Assembly (NCBI GenBank): GCA_036443615.1
Contig: JAZFYO010000326.1
Span: 1 to 33,670 of the forward strand
Length of the DNA stretch: 33,670 nt
Direction: 5' to 3'
From: Candidatus Binatia bacterium
GTDB lineage: Bacteria; Desulfobacterota; Binatia; UBA9968; CAXXLF01
Shown: piece by piece, positions 27,307 through 33,670 of the stretch
Numbering within the stretch: position 1 is the stretch's first letter
Layout: every line of letters starts with the position of its first letter
Position numbers and translations under genes: made by a program
The notes under the pieces: generated by a model
What the model was told of the DNA's origin: nothing
Seen by the model: the letters and a program-made list of their open reading frames with translations, nothing else
Database searches by the model: none

Positions 27307-29034
27307 GTGCACTGGAGCACCACTTTCATCCCAACACTGAAAGAGGATCCCGCTGACGCTGAGATTATCAGTCACAAACTCCTAGTCCGCGCCGGAATGA
27401 TCCGTCAGGTAAGCCGAGGGATCTACAACTACCTGCCGTTGGGTCTGAGGACCATCCGTAAGGTCGAAAGGATTGTCAGAGAAGAGATGGACCTGGCCGG
27501 CGCCCAGGAGCTATTGCTGCCCGTCACCACGCCTGCGGAACTGTGGCGGGAGAGCGGACGGTGGGAGGTTTACGGCAGAGAGCTCCTACGATTCAAGGAT
27601 CGCCATGAGAGAGACTTCTGCCTCGCGCCCACGCATGAAGAGATCATTACGGACCTGGTCCGGCGGGTCATGCGCTCATACCGCGAGCTCCCGTTTAACC
27701 TGTACCAGATCCAGACTAAGTTCCGCGACGAGGTGCGCCCACGCTTTGGCCTGCTGCGGGGACGGGAATTTATCATGAAGGATGCCTATAGCTTCCACAC
27801 GGACGTGGAGGACTGCCGTCGCGAATACGAGAATATGTTTGAGACGTACAGAAAGATCTTTACCCGCTGTGGCCTACGATTTCGCCCTGTAGAGGCAGAC
27901 ACAGGGACAATGGGGGGCACCCTCTCTCACGAATTCCAAGTTCTGGCTGACTCGGGAGAAGATGCGCTCGTTAGCTGCAATGGATGCGACTTTGCGGCCA
28001 ACGTGCAAAAGGCAGAGGTCCGAAGTCAAAGGCTTACAGGTCGCAACCTGAAGGAGAGCCCGCCACCTTTAAAAAATGTCGCCACTCCAGGGAAGAAGAG
28101 CGTGTCTGAGGTGGCCGACTTTCTCGGGCTCACCCCGCAACGTTTTATTAAGACCCTGGTCTATAAGGTAGACGGGTCGGAGCTGGTCGCCGTTTTGCTG
28201 CGAGGGGATCATGAAATCAACGAGCTGAAACTCCAGAAGTTCTTGGGATGCCATGAGGCGAGACTAGCGGATGAGGCCGACGTGGAAACGGCAACCCATG
28301 TGGCACCGGGTTTTCTGGGCCCCATCGGACTTAAACTAAGGATGGTCGCAGACCAGGCAGTTCAAGGAATGCGAGACGCGGTCACGGGGGCAAACGAAGA
28401 AAATCACCACCTGGTAGATGTTGATCAGGAGCGAGATTTTACCGTTTCGGCCTTCGCCGATCTTAGAATGGCTACAGCAGGGGACCCTTGTCCCAGGTGT
28501 GAGCGTGGGATGCTGGAAGGTCACCGGGGGATTGAGGTGGGACAGATCTTTTACCTGGGAAAGAAATACAGTGAGACGATGGGTGCAACTTACCTCGACG
28601 CGGAGGGACGGGAGCAACATGTCGAGATGGGGTGCTACGGCATCGGTATCACTCGACTCTTTGCAGCAGCCGTGGAGCAAAATCACGATGAGAACGGTAT
28701 CATCTTTCCTTTCTCTTTAGCTCCATTCCAAGTCCTCCTCCTTCCAATCAACTACGGAGAGAGACAGATTCGAGAGGCGACCGACGCCCTCTACGAGAAG
28801 CTTATCAAACTGGGCATTGAGGTCCTCCTCGATGATAGGGATGAGAGACCGGGAGTGAAATTCAAGGATGCGGATCTTATTGGAGTTCCCCTTCGGGTCA
28901 TTGTGGGAGCGAAGGGATTACAGAAAGGGTGCGTGGAGGCGCGCAAGCGTTTAGGGGGAAAGTCCGAGGAAATCCCGCTTGCTGAAGCTCCGCAGATCAT
29001 CCTGTCGATTGTTACAGAAGGCATGAAGAACTGA
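27307..29034 (+). CDS. proS: proline--tRNA ligase (bacterial type with INS editing domain)
   Basis: 575 aa, GTG start. Motifs: FIPTLKEDPADAEIISHKLLVRAGMIRQ, class II motifs (FRDEVRPRFGLLRGREFIMKDAYSF, GCYGIGITR). Confidence 0.95.
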   Translation: MHWSTTFIPTLKEDPADAEIISHKLLVRAGMIRQVSRGIYNYLPLGLRTIRKVERIVREEMDLAGAQELLLPVTTPAELWRESGRWEVYGRELLRFKDRHERDFCLAPTHEEIITDLVRRVMRSYRELPFNLYQIQTKFRDEVRPRFGLLRGREFIMKDAYSFHTDVEDCRREYENMFETYRKIFTRCGLRFRPVEADTGTMGGTLSHEFQVLADSGEDALVSCNGCDFAANVQKAEVRSQRLTGRNLKESPPPLKNVATPGKKSVSEVADFLGLTPQRFIKTLVYKVDGSELVAVLLRGDHEINELKLQKFLGCHEARLADEADVETATHVAPGFLGPIGLKLRMVADQAVQGMRDAVTGANEENHHLVDVDQERDFTVSAFADLRMATAGDPCPRCERGMLEGHRGIEVGQIFYLGKKYSETMGATYLDAEGREQHVEMGCYGIGITRLFAAAVEQNHDENGIIFPFSLAPFQVLLLPINYGERQIREATDALYEKLIKLGIEVLLDDRDERPGVKFKDADLIGVPLRVIVGAKGLQKGCVEARKRLGGKSEEIPLAEAPQIILSIVTEGMKN

Positions 29035-29037
29035 GGC

Positions 29038-29796
29038 ATGGTTTCACGTCTGCAGCTTGTTCGTTCGCCAAGGTCGGTGCGAGACCGTTTGATCCTCGCT
29101 CTGGACCTAGACAACCTGGAGAGGGTGAAAAAACTGGTTAGGCTGCTCTCTGGAGAGATAGGAATGTTTAAAGTCGGGAAGCAGTTATTCCTCCACGCAG
29201 GACCTGTGGTAGTCAAACTCATCCAAGAGATGGGAGGCGAAGTATTCTTAGATCTCAAATTCCATGACATCCCTACCACTGTAGCCAAAGCAGCCATCGA
29301 GGCGACCCGTCTGGGAGTAAAGATGCTCAACGTCCACGCCTCGGGGAGTCTGGAGATGATGAGTCGAACCGTGAAAGAGGTGAACCGAGTCTGCCGCCAG
29401 GAAAAACTCAGGCGCCCTACGATGCTAGCGGTCACCGTCCTGACCAGCCTCGACAAAAACGACCTCTCAAAGGTCGGCGTCGGCGGAGAGGTTGTCGACC
29501 AGGTGGTTCGCCTAGCGCTTTTGAGCAGAAAGGCCGGGATTGATGGGGTTGTGGCCTCTCCCCACGAGGTGGCCCAGATTCGTGCGGCCTGTGGCAGGCG
29601 TTTCATCATTGTATCTCCAGGTATCCGGCCTCGAGGAAAAGCCAAAGACGACCAGAGTAGGGTCATGACCCCGGGAGAGGCTATCCGTGTGGGGGCAGAC
29701 TACATCGTTGTGGGACGACCGATCGTTGAGGCAAAGGACCCTCTGCGCGGAGCGAGGGAGATCATCTCTGAGTTGGAGGAGAGCGCTTCACGTTGA
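29038..29796 (+). CDS. pyrF: orotidine 5'-phosphate decarboxylase
   Basis: 252 aa, starting 3 nt after the proS stop. Motifs: [24 protein letters not shown], and the C-terminal YIVVGRPI. Confidence 0.9.
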   Translation: MVSRLQLVRSPRSVRDRLILALDLDNLERVKKLVRLLSGEIGMFKVGKQLFLHAGPVVVKLIQEMGGEVFLDLKFHDIPTTVAKAAIEATRLGVKMLNVHASGSLEMMSRTVKEVNRVCRQEKLRRPTMLAVTVLTSLDKNDLSKVGVGGEVVDQVVRLALLSRKAGIDGVVASPHEVAQIRAACGRRFIIVSPGIRPRGKAKDDQSRVMTPGEAIRVGADYIVVGRPIVEAKDPLRGAREIISELEESASR

Positions 29797-29828
29797 TCTT
29801 AAAAGAGAAAATGATAGAGTAGTGCCCT

Positions 29829-30956
29829 ATGCCGATCGCGACCATTGAAGAGGCCATAGAGGATATACGCCAAGGCCGGATGGTCATCCTGCTGGATGAC
29901 AAGAACCGAGAGAACGAGGGCGACCTCTGCATGGCAGCTGAGAAGGTGACCCCGGAGGCCATTAACTTTATGGCTCGTCACGGCCGCGGCCTGATCTGCC
30001 TGCCCATTACAGAAGAGAGGGTAAAACAACTGGAATTGCCCATGATGGTCTCAGACAACACCTCCCCCTTCGGCACAGCCTTTACCGTCAGTATCGATGC
30101 GGTCGAAAACGTTACCACAGGGATTTCCGCTGCAGACCGTGCCGAAACCATTATCATGGCAATCGCTGATGAGACTATGCCCCAGGACCTTGTTACCCCC
30201 GGCCATGTCTTTCCGCTCCAGGCAAAGCGAGGTGGGGTTCTAGTTCGTGCGGGCCAGACAGAAGGGTCGGTGGATCTGGCTCGATTGGCCGGACTCAAGC
30301 CCGCTGGGGTCATCTGCGAGGTGATGAAAGACGACGGCACTATGGCCCGGCTTCCCGACTTGGAGGAATTCGCCAAAGAACAGAGTCTCAAGCTTGTCAC
30401 GATCGCGGACCTCATTCAGTATCGGCTAAGCTATGACTGCCTCGTCTATAGGGTCGCATCAGCACATCTCCCAACCCGTCTCGGAGGAGATTTCGAGGCG
30501 GTGGTATACAATACCCACGTTGACCAGAGCGAGCACCTCGTCTTGGTCAAAGGAAAGATCTCCCCTAATGAAGACACCCTGGTTCGGGTCCACTCCAAAT
30601 ATGTTCCAGGGGACGTCTTCGGATTTGAGTTCTTCGACACCGGCTCTGTCATAAAAAGCTCCATGGAGATGATATCCATGGAAGGCAAAGGGATTCTCGT
30701 CTATCTTCAAACCGAAGGAAAAGGAATGGGCCCCATCGACAGGAGACGGGAAAAAGGAAGAGATTTCAGGGAATATGGAATCGGAGCGCAGATTTTGAGA
30801 GACCTTGGTGTTCAGAAGATGCGCCTGATCACTACCAATCCAAGGAATCTCGTAGGTCTTTCGGGCTACGGCCTGGAGGTAACGGCCTGCGTCCCTTTTA
30901 AAACGCCCTTCAGTGAAAAAGGGGATGGAAGCGAAGCAAAGGCAAGCAGTCGCTAA
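29829..30956 (+). CDS. ribBA: RibB (DHBP synthase) fused to a degenerate GTP cyclohydrolase II-like domain
   Basis: 375 aa. The N-terminal domain has [11 protein letters not shown] and GHVFPL, but RAGQTEG where RxGHTE is usual. The C-terminal domain has [20 protein letters not shown] in place of RVHSECLTGD...RCDCG, so all three Zn cysteines are absent, and the following region is shortened. Confidence 0.8.
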   Translation: MPIATIEEAIEDIRQGRMVILLDDKNRENEGDLCMAAEKVTPEAINFMARHGRGLICLPITEERVKQLELPMMVSDNTSPFGTAFTVSIDAVENVTTGISAADRAETIIMAIADETMPQDLVTPGHVFPLQAKRGGVLVRAGQTEGSVDLARLAGLKPAGVICEVMKDDGTMARLPDLEEFAKEQSLKLVTIADLIQYRLSYDCLVYRVASAHLPTRLGGDFEAVVYNTHVDQSEHLVLVKGKISPNEDTLVRVHSKYVPGDVFGFEFFDTGSVIKSSMEMISMEGKGILVYLQTEGKGMGPIDRRREKGRDFREYGIGAQILRDLGVQKMRLITTNPRNLVGLSGYGLEVTACVPFKTPFSEKGDGSEAKASSR

Positions 30957-30978
30957 GAACAACCCGAAAAGGTGGCCT

Positions 30979-31187
30979 ATGCCCATTTACGAATACAATT
31001 GTCGGAATTGTGATAACACCTTTGAGGAACTTCTCTTCTCTCCGCAAATGACCGTCGCCTGCCCCAAGTGTGAAAGCCATAGGTAGAGAAAAAACTCTCT
31101 GTCTTTCGCTCGCCAAAGAGTGATGTGGAGAAAGGCGTAGCCAACGGCGGATGCAGCTGCACCCCGAGCACGTGCGCCTGTCATTAG
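30979..31187 (+). pseudogene. FmdB-family CxxC zinc-ribbon protein, interrupted by a frameshift
   Basis: Frame A (30979..31086): MPIYEYNCRNCDNTFEELLFSPQMTVACPKCESHR, then TAG. Frame B (31083..31187): VEKKLSVFRSPKSDVEKGVANGGCSCTPSTCACH, then a stop. Together they match the usual family layout, and one extra nucleotide near 31081..31083 would fuse them. Confidence 0.6.
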
Positions 31188-31268
31188 CCCCGATCTAAAG
31201 ATAGATTGAGCACCCGTCCCGTTCCACAAAGGGGAAGCGGACCCATCTCCTCAAAAAACAAGTTATAT

Positions 31269-31297
31269 CGAACACGGGGTTTGAATCCCCGTGTTCG
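31269..31297. other. perfect 11-bp stem / 7-nt loop hairpin followed by ACCA
   Basis: CGAACACGGGG-TTTGAAT-CCCCGTGTTCG, then ACCA (31298..31301). Located in the convergent intergenic region. Two further hairpins follow (31304..31326 and 31358..31375). Confidence 0.5.
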
Positions 31298-31450
31298 ACC
31301 AAAGGGGAGAGATACCGCTTCTCCCCAATCCTCTTTGGAAACCCCATCGGCTTTGTGCCCGCCTCAAGAGGCGGGGTTAACATTGAATCAATAGAGGATT
31401 AGTGTGTTAGATGCTTTCCCGCTAGCCGCTGGGAAGGTGTCGGGTCGGGG

Positions 31451-31975
31451 TTAGATCAATTCTGACCGACTCAGGTAACCGTGTAACGAGGACCTCAGCT
31501 TCAGTAGCGCTTCATCGAGGTTTGCGAAAAGCTTCTCTCCTACCAGGTCGCCTTTAACCCAGTAGTCCAGCGAGGGGGCCTCGGTAAAGTTGATATCGAT
31601 ATACTTCTCTCCCACCGGTTCCCCTGAGATTAAGACCCTGACGGAATAGCCGGCATCGATGACCAGGGCCCTCGCATGGTGTGGGAGCCTTAACGTCTCC
31701 TTGATCCTAGAGAGTTTTTCGACAGGATATTTTCCCACTCCAAGGGACAGATAGCCCCACTCCTGGGGAGGTACAGAGAGCTCCTTGAAGACACGCTGGT
31801 TAATATCGACGACGCTCTGAAGCGCCCGATCCTGATTGTAATCTTTAAGCAACTCGTAGGCCCACCGCTCGATCAGTCCCTGCTGAGGCTCGGCTTTTTT
31901 ATCGCGTTCCTTTACCGGTCCACGCTCGATCCACCACTTGAGTTCTTCCACCGGTGTGGTCTTTTCGTCAGCCAT
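31451..31975 (-). CDS. hypothetical protein (174 aa)
   Basis: Long ORF with protein-like composition, co-directional with and 87 nt downstream of the PhtD-like gene. AGGAAAGG lies about 12 nt upstream. No family recognised. Confidence 0.6.
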   Translation of the reverse strand: MADEKTTPVEELKWWIERGPVKERDKKAEPQQGLIERWAYELLKDYNQDRALQSVVDINQRVFKELSVPPQEWGYLSLGVGKYPVEKLSRIKETLRLPHHARALVIDAGYSVRVLISGEPVGEKYIDINFTEAPSLDYWVKGDLVGEKLFANLDEALLKLRSSLHGYLSRSELI

Positions 31976-32062
31976 TGATGCTAAAAACCTTTCCTATGAC
32001 TTCTGGATACCAAATTCTGTCTTTTGAATTCTGGCTTCTGAATTCAGCTCCCAAAGAACTTA

Positions 32063-33055
32063 TTATACCTTGAAGTCGTCCAGGGTGTTAGGTGCAAAGA
32101 GACTTTCAATGTCCACACGCTTTTTGATCAGGCCCTGCTCATAGGAATATTGGACAAGGGTTTCCAGGACGTGCCTGTTGGCCCCCAAGCCATAAGGCCA
32201 AGGATCGTTTCCGAATAGATCCCTCTCCTCTTCCATCTCTGCAATCGACCACGCGAGCATGTACTTGAGGGCCGAATATTTATACATCGTCTCTTCACAA
32301 AGTTTCTTCGCTTCCGAAAAGGCTTTGCACAAACTTTGGGCTACCCAAGGGTTTTTTTCGTATACCTCCTCCCGCAGGGCAACGGTGTGCATAATAGGGA
32401 ATATTTTTGTGCGCCGATAGTAATCCTTCTCCAGCTCACGGAAATTTGGAAACAGCCTCCTCACTTTCGGAGAACGCCGCACAAGAGGAGAGGGTATATG
32501 GGCGCAGATCAAAGCATCGAGCTCCCCCTCCTCTAGCATCGCGGACAGGGTCCGATCCGGCCCGATCCATTGGATGTCGATTTCTTTTGGCAAATCGGGC
32601 CTGAGTTTCTCCTGACGGCCCGGATTCTCTGCCCCACCAGTAAACCACTTCATCTTCGCCGGCGGAACCCCATACTCATGCTGCAAAAGCCCCCGAACCC
32701 AAACAGCCGCGGTGATCTGGTATTCCGGCACCCCAACCTTTTTCCCGGCAAGATCCCCCGGCCCTTCTATCCCCGAGTCCGTGTTGATGTAGATGAAGGA
32801 GTGGCGAAAGAACCGTGAGGGAAATACTGGTATGGCAATGAACCGGGGAGCGCCTTTTTCCCGGGCCATCATATAAGAGCTCATCGAAAGCTCAGCGGCA
32901 TCGAAATCCTGATACCGAAGCATGCGCCAGAAGGTCTCCTCGACATGGAGAGGCAGATAAGTCAAGTCCACACCCTCGACTTGAACCTTCCCTTCCTGGA
33001 GGGCACGCGTACGGTCATATTCCCAACACGATAAGGTGAGACGAATCTTTCCCAT
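32063..33055 (-). CDS. 4,5-dihydroxyphthalate decarboxylase-like (PhtD / NMT1-SBP-fold family) protein
   Basis: 330 aa. The sequence tracks my memory of Pseudomonas Pht5 along its whole length: YDR..AL..G.V...GVD, ELS.SSY, IAIPVFPSR.FRH, GK.VGVPEYQ.TA.VW.RG, RRTKIFPIMHT and a C-terminal FK-hydrophobic end. Confidence 0.7.
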   Translation of the reverse strand: MGKIRLTLSCWEYDRTRALQEGKVQVEGVDLTYLPLHVEETFWRMLRYQDFDAAELSMSSYMMAREKGAPRFIAIPVFPSRFFRHSFIYINTDSGIEGPGDLAGKKVGVPEYQITAAVWVRGLLQHEYGVPPAKMKWFTGGAENPGRQEKLRPDLPKEIDIQWIGPDRTLSAMLEEGELDALICAHIPSPLVRRSPKVRRLFPNFRELEKDYYRRTKIFPIMHTVALREEVYEKNPWVAQSLCKAFSEAKKLCEETMYKYSALKYMLAWSIAEMEEERDLFGNDPWPYGLGANRHVLETLVQYSYEQGLIKKRVDIESLFAPNTLDDFKV

Positions 33056-33080
33056 TTCTACCTGATGGCGGAATTATTCT

Positions 33081-33287
33081 TTACCCTGTCTCCTTGACCC
33101 CTTGAAGTAGCTGGGAGGCAGCAAGAACAAACTGCTCCCCCTCTCCCTGGAGAATTAAGGCGGGTTCGCCTGTGGCAAGGGTGGTCTGGCTCAAGACTGT
33201 ATAGGTTTTGTTCCGAAACTCTAACTGTTGTCCGATCGCAAACCGGCCGATAAATAGATGATCCGGAAGCGGGTCTATTTTTTCCAT
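33081..33287 (-). CDS. hypothetical small protein (68 aa)
   Basis: ORF ending 25 nt upstream of the PhtD-like gene on the same strand. No recognisable motif. Confidence 0.4.
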   Translation of the reverse strand: MEKIDPLPDHLFIGRFAIGQQLEFRNKTYTVLSQTTLATGEPALILQGEGEQFVLAASQLLQGVKETG

Positions 33288-33475
33288 AGGGCTTTTATTT
33301 TACACGATCATGATCAAAGCTGAAATCACCCCTGGTTAGTATCTAAATTTAGGGATGGTGTCTACCATGAAGAACGTAAGCCTTTGGACCAAAGTCTTTG
33401 AACTCCTCCCCCTTGTTTATCATCGGAAATTGACCCGTTTGACATAACGGCCTGCTAAATTTACAGTCCGGCACA

Positions 33476-33670
33476 ATGGCACCAAAGGTACCTCGCATCG
33501 CCGTGATGGGGGCCGGAGCAGTGGGGGGATATTTCGGCGCAAGGCTGGCTGCCTCGGGGCAGGAAGTGGCGTTCATTGCACGGGGAAGGCACCTTGAGAC
33601 AATGAGGCAACAAGGCCTAAATGTAAAAAGCAATCAAGGAGACCTCCACGTCCCGTCGCTATTCACGTCC
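33476..33670 (+). CDS. panE: 2-dehydropantoate 2-reductase (ApbA/PanE family), N-terminal fragment
   Basis: My reading from ATG 33476: MAPKVPRIAVMGAGAVGGYFGARLAASGQEVAFIARGRHLETMRQQGLNV... The Rossmann GxGxxG and flanking pattern are typical of PanE. It stays open to the window end. The 94-aa minus-strand track ORF is its antisense shadow. Confidence 0.8.
   Translation, partial: MAPKVPRIAVMGAGAVGGYFGARLAASGQEVAFIARGRHLETMRQQGLNVKSNQGDLHVPSLFTS

Noticed and set aside
28791-29666. 291-aa minus-strand ORF spanning the proS/pyrF junction
   Set aside because: It is antisense to two well-supported genes. It is Ser/Arg/Thr/Pro-rich with no motifs, which is a typical shadow ORF. The same reasoning applies to 23222..23848 (-), 25550..26047 (-), 25893..26414 (-), 19387..19866 (-), 4807..5532 (+) and 4209..4616 (-).
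31269-31301. Possible tRNA gene or tRNA 3' fragment (GGGGTTTGAATCCCC T-arm-like motif followed by ACCA)
   Set aside because: The 5' arm of the stem pairs continuously with the would-be acceptor 3' strand, giving a simple 11-bp hairpin. There are no D-arm or anticodon arm candidates upstream. The T-loop has T where the near-invariant C56 should be. I kept it only as a structural oddity.
33349-33633. 94-aa minus-strand ORF
   Set aside because: It is the antisense shadow of the panE N-terminus (33476..33670, plus strand), which shows a clean Rossmann GxGxxG motif.

Overview
Chromosomal segment of a diderm bacterium, mid-50s %GC by eye; I cannot assign a lineage from the sequence alone. All product calls rest on motifs I read in the translations. 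No similarity search, HMM or RNA folding was run.

The core (10.8-31 kb) is housekeeping:
- gyrB-gyrA-gpsA, then rpmH-rnpA-yidD-yidC-jag.
- A convergent glycine-rich RRM RNA-binding protein.
- A TetR / RND-adaptor / RND-pump operon.
- ispG, proS, pyrF, an atypical ribBA-like gene, and a frameshifted FmdB-type zinc-ribbon gene.

The left third (0.2-10.6 kb) is accessory-looking:
- Small exported or lipoproteins, and an A/T-rich, ORF-poor stretch holding two paralogous 25-aa hydrophobic mini-ORFs.
- A co-directional nine-gene block, in order: a membrane protein with a seven-fold [N/Q]-P-C loop, a ligand-less cupredoxin-like protein, ArsM-type methyltransferase, a PiT transporter, a MOT/SulP-like transporter, a CxxxxC flavoprotein disulfide reductase, a TVP38/DedA protein, and a TIGR04283-like glycosyltransferase.
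- This block abuts a convergent exported peroxiredoxin-like gene. The ORF track splits that gene in two, but it reads through an in-frame UGA at its active-site Cys position, so it is a probable selenoprotein with a SECIS-like hairpin.

I read the block as a candidate organoarsenical / soft-metalloid handling island with undescribed front-end components.

The right end holds a PhtD-like decarboxylase operon and the start of panE. I saw no rRNA, bona fide tRNA, CRISPR array or mobile element.
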